The translations under genes were made by a program, and so were the position numbers. A stretch of DNA of 64,000 nucleotides from Parcubacteria group bacterium (GTDB lineage Bacteria > Patescibacteriota > Minisyncoccia > Moranbacterales > JAKLHP01): positions 14,255 through 78,254 of the forward strand of contig JBBABD010000001.1 in the NCBI GenBank assembly GCA_041657845.1. The letters are read 5' to 3'. Positions within the stretch are counted from its first letter, which is position 1. Each line of letters opens with the position of its first letter. Of this stretch, positions 29,396-38,718 are shown piece by piece. The notes under the pieces were generated by a model that saw nothing but the letters and a program-made list of their open reading frames with translations, made no database searches and was not told where the DNA came from.

Positions 29396-30865
29396 TCAAA
29401 ATAATTTAACATTTACTAGAGGATTTCTGCCCTTGTATCTTTTTGATGCCGATTGATAAACAGCACTACATAGGCTTATCCCGTTTTTATGACTAGTTAT
29501 CTCTGAAACAGGATTTATTTTATTTCCTTGAATAAATGAAATAAATTCTAAGATTGCTTCTCTCCTAGCATCTTCTTGGTGTCCTCTTGACCTTCCATGA
29601 AGATAGTTTTTACCCAATTCCTTAATGCTAAATTTTTCGTAATTTTTCCATTCAGAAAAATAATTGTCATTTCTGAAAACATGAATATCCAAATGATATT
29701 CATTTCCTACTTCATACAAATTATTTGTAATATTAGGTTTTACTTCTCTCGATTGAAATGAATTGAAATGAATTGCCTGAAACGGACCTTGCTCTATGAT
29801 ATGCGACTCATGTCTTATCCGTCCATTTCCTTTATACAAATCCTTTCCGGCTAAACTCAACCAACCTCTTTTAGAAAAACCATTATGAACGAGATTGACA
29901 CTAGCTAAAGTAATAATAGACTTATCTCTCTTGAAAGCAAAGGAGCAGAAAGAATCTATTTCTCCAAAACGTTTATATAATTTCTTTAATTTTTCGAAAT
30001 TATACTTGTTATATGAATTAAAACTAGGAAAAATCTTCTCATAATCTTCCTTTCCAATCTGATTCAAAAAATCCGAAGGCCTCATAAAATTTGAAAATAC
30101 ATCGACATTGTTTGCCTTTTTTCCCTCATCAGCCGCTTTCATGAGCCACATAATTATATCAAAAAAATGATAACCGCTATGTGAACATTTTCCATAACCA
30201 TGGTTAAATGAATGGTAATCCACATCCATAATCTCATTTGGCAATCTCCACTGCCCATCGGAATGGAAAGATTGAATTGATGTTATTGGACAATTCGTTT
30301 TGTCAAACACCTCCCTGACTAGATTTCTAATTTTTTCAAAAGCAGGATGATATCTTCTTTGAACTGCTAAACTGAATAATATTCTTACGTATTTTTTCTT
30401 GGCCTTTTCGTAAACTTTAATAATTTTTTCATAATCATTAATTAATTTTTTCGCTGAAAATTTTGAGGTACTCAAATTATTATGCACCGACAATGGCTTA
30501 TCCATCAAAACATTCAGTCCTTTTTCTAGCGCCCACTGAGCATAAACAATATGACTTTCTGGACCAGTAGAAATAATGACCCCTTGAATGGAAAATTTAT
30601 CAACAATCTCATCTAGCTTCATTTTTATCGAAGATCTCAACCCATTGGATTTGAAATCTTTAGATAAAAAATAATGCATCTCCAGACTGGGATTACCTTT
30701 TTCAGAAAGATAATTCTCAATATCATCCTTTTTTTCTATGAGATCTAAAACACAAACAATCCGAAAATTATATTTTTCTCCATCCTTTAAAAACACAGGA
30801 AAATATATTCTTTTTGCATGAGATCCTAGACCAATAAGCAGCACATTTGTTATTTTTTTATTCAT
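29396..30865 (-). CDS. Gfo/Idh/MocA-family NAD(P) oxidoreductase (long variant)
   Basis: LIGLGSHA, IST...H, MDKP, QRRYHP, HSGYHFFD. Confidence 0.8.
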   Translation of the reverse strand: MNKKITNVLLIGLGSHAKRIYFPVFLKDGEKYNFRIVCVLDLIEKKDDIENYLSEKGNPSLEMHYFLSKDFKSNGLRSSIKMKLDEIVDKFSIQGVIISTGPESHIVYAQWALEKGLNVLMDKPLSVHNNLSTSKFSAKKLINDYEKIIKVYEKAKKKYVRILFSLAVQRRYHPAFEKIRNLVREVFDKTNCPITSIQSFHSDGQWRLPNEIMDVDYHSFNHGYGKCSHSGYHFFDIIMWLMKAADEGKKANNVDVFSNFMRPSDFLNQIGKEDYEKIFPSFNSYNKYNFEKLKKLYKRFGEIDSFCSFAFKRDKSIITLASVNLVHNGFSKRGWLSLAGKDLYKGNGRIRHESHIIEQGPFQAIHFNSFQSREVKPNITNNLYEVGNEYHLDIHVFRNDNYFSEWKNYEKFSIKELGKNYLHGRSRGHQEDARREAILEFISFIQGNKINPVSEITSHKNGISLCSAVYQSASKRYKGRNPLVNVKLF

Positions 30866-30875
30866 ACTAATAAAT

Positions 30876-32252
30876 CTAGTGGATCTTTTCCCTCATTAAA
30901 TGAGCAAAACAAAATGGATCCCCTCCCAATAGCTTCCCGCCCTTAATCTTCCCTCCGGTCAAAATGACAGTTGATCTGCATTTTCCTCTGCATTCTTTTT
31001 TATAGAAACTACATTTCAAACAATCTATCTTTTTAGCATTTCTATAATGTTCCGCCATTGAATGATGCCATATTTCATCAACTGACATGCCTATAGCATT
31101 CGGACCAATAAATTCGGGGTAATCAATAAGAAATGGGCATGCCACAACCCTACCGTCAGGAAGAATGGAAATATCCCTAATTAATGCTCCGCATTCTGAA
31201 TTATCAAAGGGGAACGGATTTTGAGATTTATCCTTTAAATTATAATTAAACAAATCCTTGTGTTTTAAGAGGACTTTAATTCCAGAATTGATAACTTCTT
31301 TTTTACTTCTTAAATCTTGAATTTTTTTAGCAAATTTTTTATATTGGTTCGCAGTTAGAATCAATTTATTGGTATCGTTGTCAATCGCTCTTCCTGATGG
31401 TTTTAATGGAATAAAATTTATGTCGCATTTATATTCCATAGCCACTTCCACTAAAAAATCTGTTTCTCTTATATTATCAGATCCAATAGCCACATTGATT
31501 ACAACTGGTATTTTATTTTTCGAATTTTCATTATATTCATGAAGTTTTTTAAGATTTTCCGCTACCAAATTATATGCTCCTTTTGTTCTTCTTTTATCAT
31601 TGATTTTTTCACTGCCCTCAAGACTTATTACCAAATCCCTAATGCCAGAATTAATAATTTTTTTAAACATTTCATTATTCCAGCACCCATTGCTATTGAG
31701 ACTCACCACCATCCCTAAACCATTTGCGTATTTTATAGTTTCAAATAAATATTTATCAACTGTCGGTTCACCGCCGGTAATCCGCCACTCCGTCGCACCA
31801 GCATCAAAAAACTTTTTAATGATTTTTCTTGTTTGATTGATTGTGCGTTTTTTTTCTGAAAAATTGATATTTCCACTTCTAGCGTAGCAATGATGACAGT
31901 TTAAGTTACACTTTCTTGTAAATGTATCATATACCCTCAGAGGCGCACTGAGACAATTTTTTGATTTTATACTTTTAGATTTTACCAGCCTGCAATTACT
32001 AATACATATTTTATATGCATTTTTTTTAATTAATCCCATTTTCACAAAATCCTCAACATTTTTTTCATTGCTTTCGTTTATAGATTTAATATCTATAGAT
32101 CCTTCATGACAAAGATACTCCAAAAAGTTAAATTTTCCTGAATCTATAATACTTATTTCTCCAGATAGAGAATCATATATCAAACCTCCAAAATATTCAT
32201 TTCTTATGGTGAATCTTCTGGATCTAAATTTCTTTTTATTTTTTCTGATCAT
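30876..32252 (-). CDS. Radical SAM protein with SPASM domain and N-terminal extension
   Basis: CNLNCHHC, TGGEP, CGA...PDGRVVACPF, CLKC...CRGKCR, DPFC. Confidence 0.93.
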   Translation of the reverse strand: MIRKNKKKFRSRRFTIRNEYFGGLIYDSLSGEISIIDSGKFNFLEYLCHEGSIDIKSINESNEKNVEDFVKMGLIKKNAYKICISNCRLVKSKSIKSKNCLSAPLRVYDTFTRKCNLNCHHCYARSGNINFSEKKRTINQTRKIIKKFFDAGATEWRITGGEPTVDKYLFETIKYANGLGMVVSLNSNGCWNNEMFKKIINSGIRDLVISLEGSEKINDKRRTKGAYNLVAENLKKLHEYNENSKNKIPVVINVAIGSDNIRETDFLVEVAMEYKCDINFIPLKPSGRAIDNDTNKLILTANQYKKFAKKIQDLRSKKEVINSGIKVLLKHKDLFNYNLKDKSQNPFPFDNSECGALIRDISILPDGRVVACPFLIDYPEFIGPNAIGMSVDEIWHHSMAEHYRNAKKIDCLKCSFYKKECRGKCRSTVILTGGKIKGGKLLGGDPFCFAHLMREKIH

Positions 32253-32348
32253 TATTTTAATCTTAAATGAAAAATTTAATCATAAAACGTTAAAAAACCA
32301 ACAAATTAAATCCTTAATTCGCAACTTTTTTAATAATATTAAATCCGT

Positions 32349-33287
32349 TCAATTCTCAATTATTTCTTTTACCGAATAATTCATCGTTCCTCTGGTCTTG
32401 TAATAATTTTTGAGCAGAATGTCAGCCAGAAGTCCAAAGATAAAAAGCTGGATTCCCACCATAATTAGAAGTGCGCCGATAAGAGGCCAGATTCTTTCTG
32501 AAAGAGCTGTTCTGAAAAATATTTTTTCCACTGCCATCCAGATTAAAACTGCAAAGCCGGCAAACAGACAGAACATTCCTCCGCCACCGAAAAGATGGAC
32601 CGGACGATTGGAATATTTTCGCCAAAACCAAATGGAAACCATATCCACAATGCCTTTGACTCCCCTTTTCCAATTGTATTTCGTTGTTCCGTGAACTCGG
32701 GGGAAATGATTGACTTTTATTTCTCCGACTTTATATCCATCAAACTGCAAAATAGCTGGCATAAAACGATGCATTTCTCCAAAAAGGTCGACATCTTTGA
32801 AACATTCGCGCTTGTAAGCTTTGAGACTGCACCCGCTATCATGAATATTGTCTTCTACCAGAACCTTCCGAAGCAGATTGGCCATTCGAGAAGAAAGCTT
32901 TTTCATAAAATCATCTTTCCTTTGCCATCTCCATCCGGAAACCACATCGAATCCTTCATTCATTTTTTCTAATAATAATTTGATGTCTTTGGGATCATTT
33001 TGCAGATCGCCGTCCATCGTGATGATAACATCGCCTTTGGCCGCTTTTATTCCGGCATCAAATCCGGCCGTCTGGCCGTAATTTTTTCGGAACCGGATAA
33101 GTTTTAACGGTGTCAGTCCTTCGCAATTTTTGGCCGTTTCATCAGTCGATCCGTCATCGATAAAAATAATCTCGTAGGTTTTGCCGAGAGGCTCGCAAGC
33201 CTCGACAATCCTCTTGTGAAGTTCTTTGGCGTTGTCTTCCTCATTATAGATAGGAACGACAACGGAAATGTCTAGTTTATTGTCCAT
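32349..33287 (-). CDS. GT2, ArnC/GtrB-like polyprenol-phosphate glycosyltransferase
   Basis: PIYNEE, DDGSTD, NYGQTAG, MDGDLQNDP, DSGCSLK, HRFMP; two C-terminal TMs. Confidence 0.94.
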   Translation of the reverse strand: MDNKLDISVVVPIYNEEDNAKELHKRIVEACEPLGKTYEIIFIDDGSTDETAKNCEGLTPLKLIRFRKNYGQTAGFDAGIKAAKGDVIITMDGDLQNDPKDIKLLLEKMNEGFDVVSGWRWQRKDDFMKKLSSRMANLLRKVLVEDNIHDSGCSLKAYKRECFKDVDLFGEMHRFMPAILQFDGYKVGEIKVNHFPRVHGTTKYNWKRGVKGIVDMVSIWFWRKYSNRPVHLFGGGGMFCLFAGFAVLIWMAVEKIFFRTALSERIWPLIGALLIMVGIQLFIFGLLADILLKNYYKTRGTMNYSVKEIIEN

Positions 33288-33364
33288 AATAATGATTTTA
33301 TCCGATTTCTAAAGAATTGGCAAATGCACCGAATCTAGAAAATCAATAGCCATAAAACAGAAGC

Positions 33365-33422
33365 TTGACTTTAATAATTATGGTGTTAAAATACACATAT
33401 ACATTAATAATTATGGTGTTAA
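33365..33422 (+). promoter_or_regulatory. Promoter overlapped by a 19-bp direct repeat
   Basis: TTGACT-16-TAAAAT; TTAATAATTATGGTGTTAA at 33371-33389 and 33404-33422. Confidence 0.65.
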
Positions 33423-33426
33423 TTAT

Positions 33427-34668
33427 ATGATAGATATTCGCAGAAAATTATTCGATGAATTGAAGAATAACCTTAAAACAAAGGAAATTTTACTAATTGT
33501 TGGACCTCGCCAAGCCGGAAAAACAACCTTAATGAACAAACTCCGGATTTTCCTTGAGGAAAAGGGAGAAAAAAGCGTCTTTTTGAATTTGGACTTTGAA
33601 AAAGATGCGGCTTCGTTCGTTTCCCAAGATGCTCTTGTTAGAAAATTAGAATTGGAATTAGGAAAAGAAAAAGGGTTTGTTTTTATAGACGAAATTCAAA
33701 GGAAAGAAAATGCCGGACTTTTTTTGAAAGGAATCTACGATATGGAATTGCCATACAAATTCATTATCTCCGGTTCGGGAAGTTTGGAGCTTAAAGAAAA
33801 AATACATGAATCTCTGGCTGGAAGAAAAAGAATATTTGAACTTTCCACGGTCAGCTTCGAAGAATTTGTTAATTTTAAAACTAACTACAAATACAGCCAA
33901 AAACTGAACGATTTTTTTTCCATTGAAAATGAAACATCATTGTCTCTTTTGAATGAATATCTTAATTTTGGAGGATATCCGAGAGTCATCCTAGAAAGCA
34001 TGCTCGCGGAAAAAAATAGGACTATCAGTGAAATATTCAGAAGCTACACCGAAAAAGATATCGCCTATTTTTTAGGAGCAAACAAGATCGAAAAATTCGG
34101 ATTGTTAATAAAACTTTTAGCCGACCAATCCGGAAAAATTATTAACTATTCGGAATTGGCCAAAGAAACAGGAATAAGTTTTCAGACGTTGAAAAATTAT
34201 CTTTGGTATGCTGAAAAAACCTTTTCTATTCGGACAATATCACCGTATTTCAAAAACAAACGCAAAGAAATAACCCGTTCTCCGCTAGCATATTTCTACG
34301 ATTTGGGTTTTAGAAATTTCTCGCTAGGGTTATTTGGCAATCTTGCTCAACCAGACCAGCTTGGATTTGTTTTTCAAAATCTTGTCGCAAACAGACTGCA
34401 TGAAAAAATAGCAAATACTGCTAAAAACTTGGGTTTCTGGAGGACACTGGATAAAGCCGAGGTTGATTTCATAATTAGTGAGGGGAAATCAGCTCTTCCT
34501 GTTGAAGTAAAATATTCACGGCTTAAAAAGCCTCAAATAACCAGATCTCTTGGAAATTTCATAAAAGCATATTCTCCCACTGAAGCTTGGATTGTAAATT
34601 TGACTTTAGAAACAGAAATAAAAATAGAGAATACAACAGTTAAATTCATACCTTTTTACAAATTATAA
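33427..34668 (+). CDS. AAA_14 ATPase with DUF4143-type C-terminal nuclease-like domain
   Basis: GPRQAGKT, FIDEIQ, SGS, LAGR, GGYP, YFYDLG, EVDF, PVEVK. Confidence 0.92.
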   Translation: MIDIRRKLFDELKNNLKTKEILLIVGPRQAGKTTLMNKLRIFLEEKGEKSVFLNLDFEKDAASFVSQDALVRKLELELGKEKGFVFIDEIQRKENAGLFLKGIYDMELPYKFIISGSGSLELKEKIHESLAGRKRIFELSTVSFEEFVNFKTNYKYSQKLNDFFSIENETSLSLLNEYLNFGGYPRVILESMLAEKNRTISEIFRSYTEKDIAYFLGANKIEKFGLLIKLLADQSGKIINYSELAKETGISFQTLKNYLWYAEKTFSIRTISPYFKNKRKEITRSPLAYFYDLGFRNFSLGLFGNLAQPDQLGFVFQNLVANRLHEKIANTAKNLGFWRTLDKAEVDFIISEGKSALPVEVKYSRLKKPQITRSLGNFIKAYSPTEAWIVNLTLETEIKIENTTVKFIPFYKL

Positions 34669-34673
34669 AGTAA

Positions 34674-34702
34674 TTGACGCTCGAACAGACTGGCAGTATA
34701 AT
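34674..34702 (+). promoter_or_regulatory. Sigma70-type promoter, probably giving a leaderless mRNA
   Basis: TTGACG-17-TATAAT with ATG 6 nt downstream. Confidence 0.6.
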
Positions 34703-34708
34703 TTATTT

Positions 34709-34885
34709 ATGAACATTACGAAATGCGATATTTGCAAAAAAACAATAAAGAAAGACTCAAAAAGCCTATATATAGGATTGGGTAGTATTTTTTCTAATCA
34801 TATTGAAATATGTGAAAATTGCGGAAAACCTGTAATGAAACTGCTAAAGGATAAGAAGCTAATAGAAAGTAAGCGAACTAGCTAG
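34709..34885 (+). CDS. 58-aa zinc-finger-like protein (absent from the ORF track)
   Basis: Translated by hand: MNITKCDICKK...EICENCGKP...; two CxxC pairs. Confidence 0.7.
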   Translation: MNITKCDICKKTIKKDSKSLYIGLGSIFSNHIEICENCGKPVMKLLKDKKLIESKRTS

Positions 34886-34992
34886 AAAAAAATTCAGATG
34901 CAAGACTCAAAAAACCAGCCGTGCGCCGGATTTTTGTTTGGCAATAAGTCCAAAATTTGCTATAATTGAAGCGTTAAAAATTGAAAAACAAA

Positions 34993-36450
34993 ATGATGAA
35001 GAAAATAATCGCTTTTTTTGTGTTTTTGTCATTCTTGTCCGCTTTCTTCCCCAGCACTAGACCCGCCAAGGCGGATGATAGTCTTGTTTCGGTATATAGC
35101 TTTTGGAGCAAAACATCTTCTTATCGTTTTTTGACTTCATCGGCATCGGAAATCAAAAGCCTCTCTTCAAACAGCAACTGGGAAAGTGAAGGAATCTTGT
35201 GGTATGCCTATTCATCAAAGCAAAATGATACTGTTCCTATTTATAGAATAAAAAGTAGCACATACTCATATTATTATTACACGGCTTCAAAATCAAAAAG
35301 GAGCAGTTTGATAAAAACAAAGGGCTGGGTCGACAAAGGAATTGCTTTCTATGCCTATGCCAGCAAGCAAGATGCCACAACGCCTGTATATGCGCTAAAA
35401 AATTCAAAAACCAAAAAATATTTCTATACTTCAAGCCCGGGAGAAAAAAATTGTATGCTAACGGACAGCACATGGACTGGCGGAGAAACGGCTTTTTGGG
35501 TTCCAAAAGAAAATGCCAACGTCTCAGATTATGAAACCACCTGCCGAGCATCTTATGGACCGGAAATTAGCGTTGGTCTCTGGAGCTATACCAAAAAGGA
35601 TTTGCAAAGTGGATATTTCAAAATAAAAGCCAACAAGGATTATACGATAAAAGATAAGGATGGAGACAGAATAACTACAATTTCGGCAGGCACCATAACA
35701 AAAGTGAAATACAATGGAGATAAGGATCTTTTGGTTTATAGCTCAATAAAAGACAGGACATTCAGCAAAGAAGTGAGCTTTGACGCCAAAGATGGAAATA
35801 ATTCCAATCTGGTTTTTGACATCTACCGCCCCGGATCCAGCTACGATCAATATCGGGGAAAGATAAAAATAAAATATTATGACAACGATAACATTTGGGT
35901 TGTCAACACTCTTCCGATGGAACAATATGTCTGGGGAATGGGAGAAACGACGGGAACCGGACCATTCGAGCACACCAAAGTTATGACCACAATGTTCCGA
36001 ACTTACGGCTATTGGTACAAAGAATACGCCACCAAATATTTGAAATATGGATTCACCATCCGAAGCGATTCAGGATCCCAAATTTATCGAGGTTACGATT
36101 GGGAGAAAAAATATCCCAATATCAAAAAAGCGGCGGAAAGTACCAAGGGAATCATTGTTAAATATAAAAACGAGATTGCGCTGACTCCATACAGTTCTTG
36201 GAGCGATGGAAGAACTCGAAGTTTTGAAGAACGCTGGGGATCGGATGATTACCCATGGTGTAAATCAGTAAAGGATCCGTACGGAAAACATCCATCGCTT
36301 AGTACCAAAAAGCTGGAAGCGGCCGGAAATCATATGGTCGGACTGATTGCCAACGGATCACTAAAACTGGCCGGAAGCAAATACAAAAAGAAATATGACT
36401 GGATACTCAAATATTATTACACCAAAGTATCGCTTGCGAAAATGTATTAA
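34993..36450 (+). CDS. Exported protein with N-terminal repeat domain and C-terminal SpoIID/LytB-like domain
   Basis: Signal peptide; P(I/V)YR..YYYT repeats; YRGKI...VVNTLPMEQYV, SQIYRG, YSSWSDGRT, H..G, ILKYYY. Confidence 0.75.
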   Translation: MMKKIIAFFVFLSFLSAFFPSTRPAKADDSLVSVYSFWSKTSSYRFLTSSASEIKSLSSNSNWESEGILWYAYSSKQNDTVPIYRIKSSTYSYYYYTASKSKRSSLIKTKGWVDKGIAFYAYASKQDATTPVYALKNSKTKKYFYTSSPGEKNCMLTDSTWTGGETAFWVPKENANVSDYETTCRASYGPEISVGLWSYTKKDLQSGYFKIKANKDYTIKDKDGDRITTISAGTITKVKYNGDKDLLVYSSIKDRTFSKEVSFDAKDGNNSNLVFDIYRPGSSYDQYRGKIKIKYYDNDNIWVVNTLPMEQYVWGMGETTGTGPFEHTKVMTTMFRTYGYWYKEYATKYLKYGFTIRSDSGSQIYRGYDWEKKYPNIKKAAESTKGIIVKYKNEIALTPYSSWSDGRTRSFEERWGSDDYPWCKSVKDPYGKHPSLSTKKLEAAGNHMVGLIANGSLKLAGSKYKKKYDWILKYYYTKVSLAKMY

Positions 36451-36493
36451 CGGAGTTATAAGATTGGGACTTACGCATTTTAAATAATAATTA

Positions 36494-36605
36494 TGTCATC
36501 CTGCGAAAGCAGGAATCTACGCAAACGATAATTGAGAGTTTAACGTGTAAATATCATACTGGCGTAATTCGATAATGTAGATTCCTGGTCAAGCCAGGAA
36601 TGACA
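36494..36605. repeat. REP/MITE-like element, copy 2 (inverted relative to 3898-4011)
   Basis: TGTCATCCTGCGAAAGCAGGAATCTAC ... GTAGATTCCTGGTCAAGCCAGGAATGACA; the spacer is also alignable. Confidence 0.88.
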
Positions 36606-36644
36606 ACCAAACGCGTAATTTATAAAAATTATAAAATTTTCAAG

Positions 36645-37175
36645 ATGTTTAAAAAGATTATTCTGATATTATTCATAATCGCCCTGGGATTGCTGGCCTA
36701 TTTCGCCTATCCGATTGTTAAAAATCGCTATTTTAAAAACGAAAGTTCAATTAAGAATGAAGAACAGGGATCAAATGAAAATACAATCATGAATAATGGA
36801 AATGAATCAGAAGATGAAAAAAACAACACCAGTGATGTTGAAAACGAAGAAAACTCAGCTTCAAGCAACGAAGTTAAGGATGAAATTGACGAATCAGGAG
36901 ATGCTGTTAACATTACAGCCAAAGATTGCGACAATGAATGTTTAAATTTCCAAGAGAATGAAAGCAGTTTAAGATATTGTCAAGACATCTGCGACATTTC
37001 TTCGACCAAGGACAGTGATAATTGCGAAAGCAAAACCGGAACAGATAAGGATTACTGCTTCAAAAATCAAGCAGTTGCAAAAACCGATCTGAAAATTTGC
37101 AATTCAATAGCTGATGCAAAAATAAAATCCGCCTGTAAAAACCGAGTGACAGAAGATTTGCTGGAAAATCAGTGA
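36645..37175 (+). CDS. Membrane-anchored protein with acidic linker and Cys-rich C-terminus
   Basis: MFKKII plus TM helix, eight Cys; start moved from 36600, which lies in the repeat. Confidence 0.75.
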   Translation: MFKKIILILFIIALGLLAYFAYPIVKNRYFKNESSIKNEEQGSNENTIMNNGNESEDEKNNTSDVENEENSASSNEVKDEIDESGDAVNITAKDCDNECLNFQENESSLRYCQDICDISSTKDSDNCESKTGTDKDYCFKNQAVAKTDLKICNSIADAKIKSACKNRVTEDLLENQ

Positions 37176-37673
37176 TGCTAATATGCAAATCTTATGCTAA
37201 TCTGCTAATTGCGAATAAATTATGAGGAGAGATGAATTAATTTACTCTGATTTGTCTTATGAAATATTCGGCATATTATTCAAAGTCCAAAATGAATTAG
37301 GCAGATATTGCAATGAAAAGCAATATGGAGATTCTATAGAAGAAAAATTAAAAGAAAACAAAATTAGCTATGCGAGAGAAAAAACATTGCCAGTGTCGTT
37401 TGAGGGAGAAAAGATAAACAGAAATAAGGTTGATTTTATCATAGAAAACAAAATAATATTAGAATTGAAATGCTCCAATTTCACTACTAAAGAAAATTAC
37501 TACCAATTAAGAAGATACCTTTCTGCATATAATTTGAAACTTGGAATTTTAGTAAATTTCAGGGATAAATATCTAAAACCAAAAAGAATATTAAATTCAG
37601 AATGCAAAGAGTATTAAGATATATTAGCATGAAATAATTCGCGGCATTCGCATCAATTAGCATATTAGCATCA
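37173..37673. repeat. Inverted heptamer arrays flanking the GxxExxY gene
   Basis: Five TGC(T/A/G)AAT units on the left and five ATT(A/C)GC units on the right; perfect 14-bp terminal IR. Confidence 0.85.
37222..37617 (+). CDS. GxxExxY family (PD-(D/E)xK-like) protein
   Basis: LSYEIFG...V.NELG...EKQY, VDFIIENKIILELK, Q...YL, GILVNF. Confidence 0.9.
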   Translation: MRRDELIYSDLSYEIFGILFKVQNELGRYCNEKQYGDSIEEKLKENKISYAREKTLPVSFEGEKINRNKVDFIIENKIILELKCSNFTTKENYYQLRRYLSAYNLKLGILVNFRDKYLKPKRILNSECKEY

Positions 37674-37677
37674 TATT

Positions 37678-38355
37678 ATGAAAATTTTTATCGTTATTCC
37701 CGCTTTTAATGAAGGAACTGTGATTCAGGATGTTATAAGAGAAATAAAAGAAGAAGGATATGAAAATATTATCATCGTTGACGATGGAAGCAAGGATAAT
37801 ACCTATTCAAAAGCCAAAGAAATAAAAGGGATTACTGCCCTGAGACACAAAATCAATCGAGGAAAAGGAGCGGCTACCAAAACCGGCATTGAAGCGGCAA
37901 AATTGCTTGGAGCTGATATTATTGTTACAATGGATGGAGATGGACAGCATGACCCCAAAGACATCAAAAAACTCGTAGAACCGATAATCAAAAATGAATT
38001 CGACGTTGTTTTGGGCACAAGACTTAAAAATCCCGAGGGTATGCCCTTGTACAAGAGATTGCATAATTGGATCGCAAATCTGGTAACTTGGTACTTGTTT
38101 GGCATCTGGGTAACCGACAGTCAGTCGGGTTTTCGCGTTTATTCGCGAAAATCCGCAGATTCAATCAACACAAGATATGATCGGTATGAATATGACAGCG
38201 AGGTAATCCGAGAAATTTATTTGCGAAAACTCAGCTTCACGGAGATCCCAATCACTGTCAGATATACTGAATATTCTATGGGAAAGGAACACGGCCAAGG
38301 AATTATAAACGGATTCAAAACGTTATACAAAATGATTTGGAGGCTAATGAATTAG
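37678..38355 (+). CDS. GT2, DPM1-like
   Basis: IPAFNE, DDGSKD, NRGKGAA, MDGDGQH, DSQSGFR. Confidence 0.93.
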   Translation: MKIFIVIPAFNEGTVIQDVIREIKEEGYENIIIVDDGSKDNTYSKAKEIKGITALRHKINRGKGAATKTGIEAAKLLGADIIVTMDGDGQHDPKDIKKLVEPIIKNEFDVVLGTRLKNPEGMPLYKRLHNWIANLVTWYLFGIWVTDSQSGFRVYSRKSADSINTRYDRYEYDSEVIREIYLRKLSFTEIPITVRYTEYSMGKEHGQGIINGFKTLYKMIWRLMN

Positions 38356-38373
38356 ATCATTATAAACGCCACT

Positions 38374-38718
38374 ATGAAATTACAACTTTATCAAATCATC
38401 ATTTTTGCAATCTCCGCTTTTATGATTTTTCAGGGAGTCAAAAACTTTATCAGCGGTAAAAGCGGACAGACAATCTACAAACTATCGATTCGAATAATTG
38501 TTTGGGGCGGAATGGCAATTGTTACCATTTTCCCCAAGCTTATTCATCTCTTGGCCAAAACTCTCGGGATCATAGATAATATGAATGCGGTAGTTTTGAC
38601 CGGATTTCTGCTGGTTTTTCTGATGATATTCAAACTGCTCTCGGCTATTGAGCGCCTAGAGCAACAGCTTTCGGAGGTTACCAGAAAAGACGCGCTAAGA
38701 GGAATGAAAGACAAATGA
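38374..38718 (+). CDS. DUF2304-like small membrane protein
   Basis: Three TMs and a coiled tail, directly after a DPM1-like GT2. Confidence 0.75.
   Translation: MKLQLYQIIIFAISAFMIFQGVKNFISGKSGQTIYKLSIRIIVWGGMAIVTIFPKLIHLLAKTLGIIDNMNAVVLTGFLLVFLMIFKLLSAIERLEQQLSEVTRKDALRGMKDK

Noticed and set aside
30876-32252. Calling the radical SAM protein a prokaryotic viperin
   Set aside because: It has a full SPASM Cys set and an N-terminal extension unlike viperins; only the kinase neighbourhood is analogous.
36600-36644. N-terminal extension of ORF 36600-37175
   Set aside because: That ATG lies within the MITE end; the signal-anchor begins at 36645.
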